In this document: in pieces, positions 20,312 to 30,401 of the stretch | How positions within the stretch are numbered: the first letter of the stretch is position 1 | Layout: each line of letters begins with the position of its first letter | NCBI GenBank assembly: GCA_039026855.1 | Contig: JBCCLL010000007.1 | Span: 780-64,779, forward strand | Source of the DNA: Pseudomonadota bacterium | Lineage (GTDB): Bacteria > Pseudomonadota > Alphaproteobacteria > Rhodobacterales > Rhodobacteraceae | Direction of reading: 5' to 3' | Length of the DNA: 64,000 nucleotides | Notes under the pieces: model-generated | Databases searched by the model: none | Told to the model about the DNA's origin: nothing | What the model saw: only the letters and a program-made list of their open reading frames with translations | Program-made: the position numbers and the translations under genes

Positions 20312-23047
20312 GTGAGCGACACCCCAGAACCCCCTGAAAACATGGATGAAACGCCGCCCGAGCGGCCAGCTTACGATGGCCCCTCCGTCTCGATCGAGGC
20401 GGAGATGCGTACGTCCTATCTCGACTACGCCATGTCGGTCATCGTCTCCCGCGCGATCCCCGACCTGCGCGACGGCCTGAAACCGGTCCACCGCCGCATC
20501 CTCTACGCCATGCGCGAAGGCGGCTATACCCATGATAAATCTTACAGAAAATCGGCCAAATCTGTCGGCGATGTGATGGGCTCCTACCACCCGCACGGCG
20601 ACAGCGCGATCTACGACGCGCTGGTGCGGATGGCGCAGGACTTTTCCATGTCGCTGATGCTGATCGACGGTCAGGGCAATTTCGGCTCCATGGACGGCGA
20701 CAACCCTGCTGCCATGCGCTACACAGAAGCGCGACTGGCCAAGGCCGCGACTGCCCTGCTCGATGATCTCGACAAAGACACCGTCGATTTCCAGGACAAT
20801 TATGACGGCAAAGAACGCGAACCCACTGTTCTGCCAGCGAAATTTCCCAACATGCTGGTCAATGGTGCGGGCGGCATTGCCGTGGGCATGGCCACTAACA
20901 TCCCGCCCCACAACCTTGGCGAAGTGGTCGATGCCTGCCTTGCCCTGATCGAGGATCCCGACCTCAGTTCCGAACAACTGATCGAGTATATCCCCGGCCC
21001 CGACTTCCCCACCGGCGGCCTGATGCTGGGCCGCTCCGGTGCCCGCAAAGCCTATCTCGAAGGCCGCGGCAGCGTCATCATGCGCGCCAAGACCCGCACC
21101 GAAGAGATCCGCCGCGACCGCTACGCCATCATCATCGACGAGATCCCCTACCAGGTGAATAAGGCCACGATGATCGAAAAGATCGCCGAGGCCGCGCGCG
21201 AGAAGAAGATCGAAGGCATCGCCCACGTCCAAGACGAATCCGACCGCAATGGCGTGCGCGTCGTGATCGAGCTGAAACGGGATGCGACCGCTGAGGTAGT
21301 GTTAAATCAACTTTTCCGGTTTACACCCATGCAAACGTCGTTCGGCTGCAACATGCTGGCCTTGAACGGCGGACGCCCCGAACAGCTGACCCTGCGCCGC
21401 TTCCTCACCGCCTTCCTCGATTTCCGCGAAGAGGTGATCATCCGGCGCACCGCATTTGATTTGCGCCGTGCGCGTGACCGATCGCACATCCTGTGCGGTC
21501 TCGCCGTCGCCGTCTCGAACGTGGACGAAGTGGTCGCCACCATCCGCGCCTCTGCCGACGCCGCCGAGGCGCGCGAAAAGCTGATGACCCGCCGCTGGCC
21601 CGCCGCCGACATCGCTGACTACCTGCGCCTGATCGACGATCCGCTGTCCAAGATGCACGACGACGGCACCTATAACCTCACCGAGGTACAGGCCCGCGCG
21701 ATCCTGGATCTGCGGCTTCAGCGCCTGACCCAGATCGGGGTCAAGGAGGTCACCGATGAACTTGAAGATCTGGCCGCCAAGATACAGGAATACCTCGATA
21801 TTCTAGGCTCGCGCGAGCGGATCATGGGCATCATCGCAGCCGAAATGACAGAGGTCAAAGACCAGTTCGCCGTCCCCCGCCGCACCGAGATTGTCGACTG
21901 GTCCGGCGACATGGAAGACGAGGATCTGATCGAGCGCGAGGACATGGTCGTGACCGTCACCTCCGGTGGCTATATCAAGCGCACAGCGCTTGCCGATTTC
22001 CGCAGCCAGCGGCGCGGTGGCAAAGGTCTTGCTGGCATGCAGACCAAAGAAGAGGATGTGGTGACCACCCTCTTTGTCGCCAACACGCACACGCAGCTCT
22101 TGTTCTTCACCACAGATGGCATGGTTTATAAACTAAAGACCTGGCGCCTGCCGCAAGGCGGCCGCACGTCCAAAGGCAAGGCGATTGTCAACATCCTTCC
22201 GATCCCTCAGGGGGTAAGCATCGCCGCGATTATGCCTGTGGATCGCGATGAGGCCGAGTGGGACGACCTGCAGGTGGTCTTTGCCACCGACCACGGCACC
22301 GTGCGCCGCAACAAGCTGGGCGATTTCACCAACGTCATGCGCAATGGCAAAATTGCCATGAAATTTGAAGGCGATAGCGAAGGCTGGAAGCTGATCAACG
22401 CGCGCATCGCCTCAAACGACGATGACGTGATGCTGGTCACCAATGCGGGCCGCGCCATCCGCTTTCGCGCCGACGATGTGCGCGTGTTTAACAGCCGCGC
22501 GTCCACCGGCGTGCGCGGCATCAAGCTGTCGGGCGACGACCGCGTCGTCTCGATGTCGGTGATCCGCCACTTTGAGGCCACCTCGGACGAGCGTGCGGCC
22601 TACCTGAAAATGCGGCGCGCCATGGCGGGCCTGGCGGACGATCCTGACGCGGTGGACGACGAAGATGCGCCGGCAAATGCCAGCGTTGAGATCGACTACC
22701 CCAGCATGTCGGCGGCCGAAAATCTGATCCTGACGATCACCGCTGGCGGCGCGGGCAAACTCAGCTCGTCGCATGACTATCCGCTGCGCGGACGCGGCGG
22801 CATGGGTGTGACGGCGTGGGAGAAACGCATGCAAACCGGTGATATCGTTGCCTCTTTCCCGGTTGAACTGGACGACCAAATCATGCTGGCGACGTCCAAG
22901 GGGCAGTCGATCCGCGTACCGGTGGATGGCATCAGCTTCCGCTCGCGCAGTGCTGGCGGGGTCAAGGTGTTCAACACCGGCAAAGGCGAAGAGGTGGTCA
23001 GCGTCGCATGGATCGCCGATCAGGGTGACGAGGACGCGGACGCGTAA
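20312..23047 (+). CDS. gyrA: DNA gyrase subunit A
   Basis: [43 protein letters not shown] active Tyr; GyrA-box QRRGGKG distinguishes it from ParC. Confidence 0.98.
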   Translation: MSDTPEPPENMDETPPERPAYDGPSVSIEAEMRTSYLDYAMSVIVSRAIPDLRDGLKPVHRRILYAMREGGYTHDKSYRKSAKSVGDVMGSYHPHGDSAIYDALVRMAQDFSMSLMLIDGQGNFGSMDGDNPAAMRYTEARLAKAATALLDDLDKDTVDFQDNYDGKEREPTVLPAKFPNMLVNGAGGIAVGMATNIPPHNLGEVVDACLALIEDPDLSSEQLIEYIPGPDFPTGGLMLGRSGARKAYLEGRGSVIMRAKTRTEEIRRDRYAIIIDEIPYQVNKATMIEKIAEAAREKKIEGIAHVQDESDRNGVRVVIELKRDATAEVVLNQLFRFTPMQTSFGCNMLALNGGRPEQLTLRRFLTAFLDFREEVIIRRTAFDLRRARDRSHILCGLAVAVSNVDEVVATIRASADAAEAREKLMTRRWPAADIADYLRLIDDPLSKMHDDGTYNLTEVQARAILDLRLQRLTQIGVKEVTDELEDLAAKIQEYLDILGSRERIMGIIAAEMTEVKDQFAVPRRTEIVDWSGDMEDEDLIEREDMVVTVTSGGYIKRTALADFRSQRRGGKGLAGMQTKEEDVVTTLFVANTHTQLLFFTTDGMVYKLKTWRLPQGGRTSKGKAIVNILPIPQGVSIAAIMPVDRDEAEWDDLQVVFATDHGTVRRNKLGDFTNVMRNGKIAMKFEGDSEGWKLINARIASNDDDVMLVTNAGRAIRFRADDVRVFNSRASTGVRGIKLSGDDRVVSMSVIRHFEATSDERAAYLKMRRAMAGLADDPDAVDDEDAPANASVEIDYPSMSAAENLILTITAGGAGKLSSSHDYPLRGRGGMGVTAWEKRMQTGDIVASFPVELDDQIMLATSKGQSIRVPVDGISFRSRSAGGVKVFNTGKGEEVVSVAWIADQGDEDADA

Positions 23048-23049
23048 GC

Positions 23050-23114
23050 GTAGGGTGCGCATTTGTTGCGCACCGCACCTTGAGCTTACGGTGCGCAATG
23101 AATGCGCACCCTAC
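23050..23114. repeat. GTAG-class REP doublet (REPIN) between convergent gyrA and carboxypeptidase genes
   Basis: GTAGGGTGCGCATTTGTTGCGCACC and inverted GGTGCGCAATGAATGCGCACCCTAC; each unit is GTAG plus an imperfect palindrome. Confidence 0.8.
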
Positions 23115-24586
23115 AGCCTGTAAATGTCTGAAAACTTGGCTTTGAGGTAGGCCAGCAACGGCTCGGGGCCTGGGGCAACGCCACTGGCATGCCGTATCGT
23201 TTCGCGCGGGCTGCGCAACCCGCCGTGTTGTTGCAGGCTGTCCCGCAACCAGCCTGTGGCCGCCGAGGTGTCGCCCTGAGCCAGCTGGTCATCGAGTGCA
23301 GGCACCGCTGCCCGCAGCGCTTGGTACAAACACCCGGCATAGACATTGCCCAGCGAGTATGTCGGGAAATACCCAAACAGCCCCACGGACCAGTGCACAT
23401 CCTGCAAGACCCCGTTCGAGGCGCGGTCAACGGCATAGCCAAAATCGGCCGCAAAGCGGTCATTCCACGCAGCCTCGAGGTCGGCCACCTGCAGGTCGCC
23501 CGACACCAGCGCGCGCTCAAGATCAAAGCGCAGCAAGACGTGCAGATTGTACTGCACCTCGTCCGCTTCAGTACGGATATAGCCGTTGGAGACGCGATTC
23601 ACAGCGGCGTAAAAGGCGTCCTCTCCGTCGATGCCAAAGTCACCAAAGGCGTCCCGCATCTGGCCATAAAGCCAACCGGTAAAGGCACGGCTGCGGCCCA
23701 GTTGGTTTTCATAGATCCGGCTTTGGCTTTCATGCACGCCCATGGACACGCCGCTGCCGATTGCGGTCATGCCATAGGCGCGATCAATGTTTTGTTCGTA
23801 ACAGGCGTGCCCCACCTCATGGATGGTGGAATAAAAGCAGTTGAACGGATCGTCCGGATTGGTGCGCGTGGTGATCCGCACGTCCAGCCCGGAACCGCTT
23901 GAGAACGGGTGCACCGCCTTGTCGATGCGGCCGTGCCCTTCGTCATAGCCAAAGGCGCGGGCCAGGGTGGTGCTGATCTTCAGCTGTGCTGTTTCGTCAA
24001 ACGGTCCCTGCACGCGGGGCGGTGCGGGCTGGTCCAGGATGGTCGTGCGCAGCTCGGTCAGCGCGGGCCGCAGCGCGCCAAACATCGCCTCAAGGTCAGC
24101 CGCCGTGGTGCCCGGCTCATAGTCCTGCAACATCGCGTCGTAGACATCGCCGCCCTGGGCCAGGGCCGCGCCCTCTTGCCGTTTCAGATCGATGACGTGC
24201 GCCAGAGTGGGCGCAAACGCAGCAAAATCGTCTTTGCCGCGCGCATCGGCCCAGGTGCCCTGCGCCGCCGAGGTTACCCGGGCAATTTCGGCCGCCAGAT
24301 CGCCCGGCACTTTGCGCGCCCGGTCATAGCTGCGGCGGATCTCGCGCACCTGTGCCTGTCCCACGGCGTCAAGCGTCGCCTCATCAATGGCCCCGAGCAG
24401 ATCGCCCACCTGCGCCGCCGTCCGCCGCGCGTGCAGCACCGCCTCCATCGCTGCCATTTCTTCGGCACGCTGTGGCGCAGCACCGCGAGGCATGACGGTT
24501 TCCTGATCCCAGCCCAGCCGGCCTGCCACCTGGCTGAGCGCCTGGGTGGTGTGGTCATAGGCAATCAGGTCATCAAAGGCGGACAT
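23111..24586 (-). CDS. Carboxypeptidase M32 (Taq family)
   Basis: LGWDQET.MP, HPF, DVRITTR, HEVGH, HESQS, IRTEADE, QDVHWS, GYFPTYSLG. Confidence 0.95.
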   Translation of the reverse strand: MSAFDDLIAYDHTTQALSQVAGRLGWDQETVMPRGAAPQRAEEMAAMEAVLHARRTAAQVGDLLGAIDEATLDAVGQAQVREIRRSYDRARKVPGDLAAEIARVTSAAQGTWADARGKDDFAAFAPTLAHVIDLKRQEGAALAQGGDVYDAMLQDYEPGTTAADLEAMFGALRPALTELRTTILDQPAPPRVQGPFDETAQLKISTTLARAFGYDEGHGRIDKAVHPFSSGSGLDVRITTRTNPDDPFNCFYSTIHEVGHACYEQNIDRAYGMTAIGSGVSMGVHESQSRIYENQLGRSRAFTGWLYGQMRDAFGDFGIDGEDAFYAAVNRVSNGYIRTEADEVQYNLHVLLRFDLERALVSGDLQVADLEAAWNDRFAADFGYAVDRASNGVLQDVHWSVGLFGYFPTYSLGNVYAGCLYQALRAAVPALDDQLAQGDTSAATGWLRDSLQQHGGLRSPRETIRHASGVAPGPEPLLAYLKAKFSDIYRL

Positions 24587-25908
24587 CAGGCAGTCCCTCG
24601 TATCGAAGTGGCAATCGGATAGGCGCTGAGAAACCGCGCCCGCAGGATCAGCACCCACAACAGCACGGCCAGGCCTTGGTGCACAATGGCCAACTGCCAC
24701 GGCGCTGCGTAGAGCACTGTCATGATCCCCAGCACGATCTGCAGCGCCAGCACCGCCATAACCGCGTTAAAGGCAACCCGCGTGCGCAGGTGCGCGGATT
24801 GGCGCCCGCGCAGCCAAACGACAATGGCAAAGGCAAACAGCAGATAGCCGACAATCCGGTGGATAAACTGCACCAGACCTGCGTTTTCAAACAGGTTGCG
24901 CCACAGCGGTTCGAGGTCAAAGGCATTTGATGGAAAGACTTCGCCCGCCATCAGCGGCCAATCGGTATAGCTGCGCCCGGCATCAATGCCCGCCACCAAC
25001 GCGCCGATCAGGATCTGCAAAAAGGCAAAGTGCAAGAGACCAGTGGAGAGGCCAAATTGCTTTGCCTCCTTGTCACGGCGCGCCTGCATCAGGTCGCGCT
25101 CTTCGCGGCCCAAAAGGAAAGTAAACCAGGAGATGAACCCCAAGATGACAAAGGCCAGCCCCAGATGCGTGGCCAATCGGTAGCTCGCCACGTCCAGCAT
25201 CCCCTCGCCCGAGGTCACGCCAGATGACACCATCCACCAGCCAATGGTGCCCTGCATCGCACCAAGCAGTCCGATAAACAAAAACCGCGCGGTCCAGTCC
25301 AAAGTCTTGGACAGCGCGCAGCCCAAACACATCGTGGCCATCAGCGCCATCGCCGCAATCTCAAGCGGATAGGCGGCGGCGGCCGAAATTGCGCCTTGCA
25401 GCTTGGCCGCTTCGAACCCGATGACCGCAACAAATCCCAACCAGCCCAGCGTCGGCATGATCAGCCCGTCGCGCCCACCCGGGATGCGCCCGCGCAGCGC
25501 AAAAAACACGAACCCGACCGCCCAAACCAGACCGATGACACGCCCCAATTGTCGGTGACCCCATTCCCACCAGTAGATCACCTTGAAATCTGCCATCGTC
25601 ATCCAACTGTTTTGCAGCTGCCATTCGTCGATGGTCTTGTACTTGTCGAACTCGCTCTGCCAATCGGCGGCGCTCAGCGGCGGGATTGACCCGGTGATGG
25701 GCCGCCACTCGGTGATGGACAAACCGCTATCGGTCAGCCGGGTCAGCCCACCAACCGAGATCATCGCCACAACCAGTGCAAAAAGGATCATCAGCCACAC
25801 CCGCATGGCACCGCGCGCAGTGCTGCGCCCGCGGTCGATGACCCCTGTCTGCACCGCCAGCCGCTCGCTGGTGCCCACCTCTTCGAATATGGAACGTTGC
25901 TTGGCCAT
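24586..25908 (-). CDS. ctaA: Heme A synthase (COX15/CtaA type 2) with an internal insertion
   Basis: GGLTRLTDSGLSITEW, WEWGHRQLGR, GWWMVSSG, YRLATHLG, GALVAGIDAG..YTDWP, QFIHR, HQ. Confidence 0.95.
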   Translation of the reverse strand: MAKQRSIFEEVGTSERLAVQTGVIDRGRSTARGAMRVWLMILFALVVAMISVGGLTRLTDSGLSITEWRPITGSIPPLSAADWQSEFDKYKTIDEWQLQNSWMTMADFKVIYWWEWGHRQLGRVIGLVWAVGFVFFALRGRIPGGRDGLIMPTLGWLGFVAVIGFEAAKLQGAISAAAAYPLEIAAMALMATMCLGCALSKTLDWTARFLFIGLLGAMQGTIGWWMVSSGVTSGEGMLDVASYRLATHLGLAFVILGFISWFTFLLGREERDLMQARRDKEAKQFGLSTGLLHFAFLQILIGALVAGIDAGRSYTDWPLMAGEVFPSNAFDLEPLWRNLFENAGLVQFIHRIVGYLLFAFAIVVWLRGRQSAHLRTRVAFNAVMAVLALQIVLGIMTVLYAAPWQLAIVHQGLAVLLWVLILRARFLSAYPIATSIRGTA

Positions 25909-25965
25909 GGGCTCTCCGCTGCTATCCGACGGTAAAATATGCCTGCGCAGGCGCAGGGTCCAGTG

Positions 25966-26694
25966 TCACGGCTTGCCCGCCCAACGGACCATCTGACGCA
26001 GCACGCCGTGCAGCGTCTGCACATCGGCCCGTGTCAGCGGCATCCGGCTCCAGAGATTGCGCAGATTTGTTTTCATGCTGGCAGCTTTGTGGTCGGGGAA
26101 AAAGAAACCGGCCGCCTCCAGGCGTTCTTCAAAATGCTGTGCCAAATGACCGATCTCATGCCCGGGCGCCCAGTCGGTGCCGGCCATCTCGTGTATCACA
26201 TGCTGCACCTCGCCGCTGGCGCGCATCCACTCGTAGCCCACCAGCAGCACGCATTGCGCCAGGTTCAGCGAGGGAAATTCCAGGTTCACCGGCACCGAAA
26301 TAATTGCATTGGCCTGCGCGATATCCTCGTTTTCCAGCCCGGCCCGCTCGGGGCCAAAGATCACCGCAACGTGCTGGCCATCGGCAGTCCGACGGGCCGC
26401 ATCGCGCATCGCTTCCTCCGGGCTCAAGACCAGCTTGGTCAGATCGCGTGGCCGCGCTGTGGTGGCGTAGGTATAGGTGCAATCCGCGCAAGCCGCGGCG
26501 AGGGTCGCGTGCACATCCGCCTGGTCCAGCACCCGGCCCGCACCACTGGCCATGGCCACAGCAGCCGGGTTGGGCCAGCCATCGCGCGGGTCGACAATGC
26601 GCATGCGCTCCAGACCGAAATTCAGCATCGCCCGCGCCGCCGCGCCGATATTCTCGCCCATCTGGGGCCGCATCAAAACAAATGTGGGTGCCAT
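25966..26694 (-). CDS. trmJ: SPOUT tRNA/rRNA methyltransferase, TrmJ/LasT family
   Basis: ENIGAAARAMLNFG, ATTAR, FGPERAGL.NE, SLNLAQ. Confidence 0.88.
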   Translation of the reverse strand: MAPTFVLMRPQMGENIGAAARAMLNFGLERMRIVDPRDGWPNPAAVAMASGAGRVLDQADVHATLAAACADCTYTYATTARPRDLTKLVLSPEEAMRDAARRTADGQHVAVIFGPERAGLENEDIAQANAIISVPVNLEFPSLNLAQCVLLVGYEWMRASGEVQHVIHEMAGTDWAPGHEIGHLAQHFEERLEAAGFFFPDHKAASMKTNLRNLWSRMPLTRADVQTLHGVLRQMVRWAGKP

Positions 26695-26746
26695 GGCGCG
26701 CGTCTACCCGCATGGCCGCCAAGGAACAAGCATCGCCAACCCGCGC

Positions 26747-26780
26747 CTTCTCTGTTTCAAAAAAATCCCCGCCGGAGGCA
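26747..26780 (+). repeat. Single CTTC-ended repeat between divergent genes
   Basis: CTTCTCTGTTTCAAAAAAATCCCCGCCGGAGGCA. Confidence 0.7.
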
Positions 26781-26841
26781 TAAAAGTTTCCAAGCACAGC
26801 ACTTTGGTCTAGAGCACCGATCAGAACAAAAGGACATTCGC

Positions 26842-27465
26842 ATGAGCCAGCCCGAGCAGCCGCAGCTATACCTGATCACACCCCCGGTCGTTGAGCTCAG
26901 CCGGTTCCCCGACTTGCTCGCCTCCGTCCTCGATGCGCACGACACCGCCTGCCTGCGCCTGAGCCTGGCCACCCATGACGCCGACCGCATCGCGCGCGCG
27001 GCTGATGCGTGCCGCAGCGTGGCGCATGCGCGCGACGTGGCCATTGTGGTGGATGATCACGCCAGCCTGGCCGAGCGGCTGGGTCTGGATGGCGTGCACT
27101 TGACCGATGCCGGCAAATCGGTGCGCGACGCGCGCAAGATGCTGGGGGCTGACGCCATCGTGGGCAGCTTTTGCGGCACCTCCCGGCACGACGGCATGAC
27201 CGCCGGTGAAGCGGGCGCAGACTATGTCGCGTTTGGCCCCGTGCGCGGGTTGGGCGCCGATAACAGCGCGCCAACCGATCTCTTTGCCTGGTGGAGCGAG
27301 ATGATCGAAGTGCCGGTCGTTGCCGAAGGTGGCCTGACACCTGATGCGGTGGCCATGCTGGCCCCCATCACCGACTTTGTGGCTTTGGGCGAAGAGGTGT
27401 GGAACACCGATGAGCCTGCGGTCACAGTGCGGACGCTGATGCACAGCGCCCGCACATTGGCCTGA
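26842..27465 (+). CDS. Thiamine phosphate synthase (ThiE/TenI family)
   Basis: QLYLITP, GLDGVHL, GADYVAFGP, PVVAEGG; AAGGA RBS. Confidence 0.85.
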   Translation: MSQPEQPQLYLITPPVVELSRFPDLLASVLDAHDTACLRLSLATHDADRIARAADACRSVAHARDVAIVVDDHASLAERLGLDGVHLTDAGKSVRDARKMLGADAIVGSFCGTSRHDGMTAGEAGADYVAFGPVRGLGADNSAPTDLFAWWSEMIEVPVVAEGGLTPDAVAMLAPITDFVALGEEVWNTDEPAVTVRTLMHSARTLA

Positions 27466-27469
27466 GCCG

Positions 27470-28663
27470 TTACAAAAACACCCGTTCGATCACCCACCAG
27501 ATCGCCACCAGCGCGATGATCACCGACCCGGTCATCGACCAGGCGCGGAACATGATGGCGTATTCCTCAACCACTTGCTCGCCCCCGGTCAGCCGCGCGG
27601 CTTGCGCCGCAACGGTCCCCAGCAGCAGCGCCAGCGCCATCAGCGCGATCACTGTCAGCTGACCCAGTTCCACCCCGATGTTAAAGCCAATCAGCGCGGG
27701 CAAAAACGCGCCATCCGGCAAGCCGTATTCGCCCAGCACTGACGCAAAGCCAAGCCCGTGCAACAAGCCAAAGCCAAACACGATCACCGGCCGCCACCGG
27801 TTCAGACCGCGGGCAAAAACATTCTCAACCGCCACAAACACAATCGACGCGGCAATCAGTGGCTCAACAATGGCGGGCGAGATTGACACCACCCCCAGCG
27901 CCCCCAGCGCCAGCGTTACAGTGTGTGCCAGCGTGAACGCGCTCACCTGCCACAACAGCGGTCCAAGCCGGACCGACAGGAAGAATAGCCCCAGCACAAA
28001 CAGGATGTGATCGAGCCCCTTGGGCAGGATGTGATCAAACCCAACGGGGATATAATCGACAAAGGCCGCCCAACCGGTCACCGCATCGCCACCGGCAATG
28101 GCAATCGGTCCGGTGTCGGCCCCGCCTGCAACCAGCCCGGTAAAGGGCGCGTCGACCCCCTGCTGGCGCACCACCAGATCACCCGCCCCGTCGGGCCAGG
28201 TCACGGTTACTGCAACCGCATCTTCGGGCACAGGCGCGCGCATCAGCATCTCCGACACCCGCGGCAACTCAAAATCGGGGACGTCCGGCACCTCAACCGC
28301 GTCAAGTGTCAGGGCCACAGCTGCGCCGTCCACCGTGATCAGCGGCAGAGCATTCCAGGTCTGCAGCAATTCGTCGGCCCGCGCGGCCACAGAAGAGCCG
28401 TCCAACGCGCGCAGCGCGTCGTAATCGGCCGCGTTCTCCGCCTCATCGGTGTCAGCCACCACATCCAGATCAATGCCGGACAGTTGCGCCTCGATATTGG
28501 TGCGCATTGCCATTGTTAGCGTGCCGTCCGCGATGGTCACATCCGTGATCGACGGCACCACCTCGTGCGCCAGCGCCGCGGGTGCCATCAGCACCAAGCA
28601 AATGCTTGACACCCAGTGCAGAAAAACCAGCCTTAGCGTTGACCACATCGAAAGAACCCGCAT
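27470..28663 (-). CDS. HupE/UreJ family membrane protein (putative Ni/Co transporter) with periplasmic N-domain
   Basis: Signal peptide ending ALA|HE; GFDHILPKGLDHILF, AFTLAHTVTL, VEPLIAASI, FGLLHGLGFA, FNIGVELGQ. Start uncertain (28663 or 28648). Confidence 0.88.
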   Translation of the reverse strand: MRVLSMWSTLRLVFLHWVSSICLVLMAPAALAHEVVPSITDVTIADGTLTMAMRTNIEAQLSGIDLDVVADTDEAENAADYDALRALDGSSVAARADELLQTWNALPLITVDGAAVALTLDAVEVPDVPDFELPRVSEMLMRAPVPEDAVAVTVTWPDGAGDLVVRQQGVDAPFTGLVAGGADTGPIAIAGGDAVTGWAAFVDYIPVGFDHILPKGLDHILFVLGLFFLSVRLGPLLWQVSAFTLAHTVTLALGALGVVSISPAIVEPLIAASIVFVAVENVFARGLNRWRPVIVFGFGLLHGLGFASVLGEYGLPDGAFLPALIGFNIGVELGQLTVIALMALALLLGTVAAQAARLTGGEQVVEEYAIMFRAWSMTGSVIIALVAIWWVIERVFL

Positions 28664-29471
28664 GAAACGCTCCCACACCGTCGGTGACATCCTGTTTGTG
28701 ATCTGGTGCGCGATCCTGCCCGGATTTGCAACCGCACATGAATTCTGGATCGCGCCTGAACCGCATCTGGTGCAGCCGGGCGACAAACTGGTGGCGCGCC
28801 TGATCAATGGCGAGGATTTCGCAGGCGTTGGCCTGTCCTACATTGAACGGCGCATCGCCAGGTTCGAGGTGATACACAATGGCGCGGCGACGTCTGTGAC
28901 CGCCCGCATGGGCGACAACCCCGCGCTCAGCATGGACGCCCCGAGCGACGGCCTGATGGTCGTTGTGCACGAAACCACACCGTCCATCATTTCCTACAGG
29001 ACGTGGGAGAAATTCCAAAAGTTCGCCGATCACAAGGATTTCGGCGATTGGCGCGCGCGGCACAATGCGTTGGGCTTTCCCGAACCGCCGTTCAAGGAAC
29101 GCTACACCCGCCACGCCAAGGCGCTGATGGCGGTGGGGCGCGGCACCGGCGCAGATGCACCAACCGGGATGAAGACTGAATTTGTGGCACTGACCAACCC
29201 ATACGCGCCCGGCTTTGACGGTCAGATGCAGGTGCAGGTCTTGCTCGACGATGCGCCGCGCGCAAACGCTCAGGTCGAGGTGTTCGAACGTGACCCGGCG
29301 GGCACGGTGACGATCACCTTGCACCGCACCGACGCGGTTGGGCGCGCCACGGTCCCGGTCAGGTCTGGCCACGACTATCTTTTTGACGCGGTGACGCTGG
29401 CCCCCAGCGCGGACAGCGACAGCGCCTCTTGGGACACCTATTGGGCTGCGCTCACCTTCACGGTGCCCTAA
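28662..29471 (+). CDS. DUF4198-family periplasmic protein (metal uptake associated)
   Basis: Signal peptide then mature N-terminus HEFWIAP; ERYTRHAKAL, RTDAVGRA, WAALTF. Start uncertain. Confidence 0.82.
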   Translation: MKRSHTVGDILFVIWCAILPGFATAHEFWIAPEPHLVQPGDKLVARLINGEDFAGVGLSYIERRIARFEVIHNGAATSVTARMGDNPALSMDAPSDGLMVVVHETTPSIISYRTWEKFQKFADHKDFGDWRARHNALGFPEPPFKERYTRHAKALMAVGRGTGADAPTGMKTEFVALTNPYAPGFDGQMQVQVLLDDAPRANAQVEVFERDPAGTVTITLHRTDAVGRATVPVRSGHDYLFDAVTLAPSADSDSASWDTYWAALTFTVP

Positions 29472-29513
29472 CTCCGCTTGCGTCGCGCGCGTCCAACCGG
29501 CAAGACACAAGCC

Positions 29514-30401
29514 ATGACGACAGATACCATTTGCATCGGGAGCGTGCTCTGGGACGTGATCGGGCGGTCTGACCGGGCCATGCGGCAGGGCTCGGACGTG
29601 CCGGGCCGGATCACGCGATTGCCGGGCGGCGTGGCGCTGAATATCGCGATGACGCTGGCGCGATTTGGATTGCGCCCCGCGTTGCTCAGCGCCATTGGCC
29701 GCGATGCCGAAGGCGACGCGTTAATCGCCGCCTGTGCCGCACGCGGGTTGATCACCGACCATCTCTACCGCTCCGACGATCTGCCGACGGATCAGTACAT
29801 GGCGGTCGAAGGCGCCAACGGTCTGATCGCCGCGATTGCAGATGCGCATTCGCTCGAACAGGCGGGCGCCAAGATCCTGGGACCGCTCACCGACGGCGCG
29901 CTTGGCCGCGATAGCGCGCCCTTTACCGGCATTGCCGCCATTGACGGCAACCTCACGCTCGATCTGCTCAGCACCATCGCCACGGGTCCGGTGCTGGCGC
30001 AGGCCGACCTGCGCATCGCGCCCGCCTCTCCGGGCAAGGCGGAGCGTCTGACCCCGTTCCTCGCCGCTGGGCGCGGAACGCTCTACGTCAACCTCGAAGA
30101 GGCCGGGCTTCTGTGCCAGCGCACCTTTGCGGATGCCGAAGCCGCCGCTGCCGGTCTTCTCGATCGCGGGGCCGCCCGGGTTCTTGTGACCGATGGCGGC
30201 GGGCTTGCTGCAGCTGGCGACACGCACGGCATTGTCAGCCGCACGCCGCCAAAGGTTCTGGTGACCCGCGTCACCGGTGCAGGCGACACTTTTATGGCCG
30301 CCCATATCTCGGCCGAAATGCGCGGCGTGCGCGGGGCCGATGCGCTGGGTCAAGCGCTCGAAGCCGCCGCCGCCTATGTCTCAGGAAAGTCACCGGAATG
30401 A
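29514..30401 (+). CDS. PfkB family kinase (probable pseudouridine kinase)
   Basis: PGGVALNIA, IGRDAEG, VTGAGDTF PfkB signatures; ATGA-coupled to psuG. Confidence 0.88.
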   Translation: MTTDTICIGSVLWDVIGRSDRAMRQGSDVPGRITRLPGGVALNIAMTLARFGLRPALLSAIGRDAEGDALIAACAARGLITDHLYRSDDLPTDQYMAVEGANGLIAAIADAHSLEQAGAKILGPLTDGALGRDSAPFTGIAAIDGNLTLDLLSTIATGPVLAQADLRIAPASPGKAERLTPFLAAGRGTLYVNLEEAGLLCQRTFADAEAAAAGLLDRGAARVLVTDGGGLAAAGDTHGIVSRTPPKVLVTRVTGAGDTFMAAHISAEMRGVRGADALGQALEAAAAYVSGKSPE

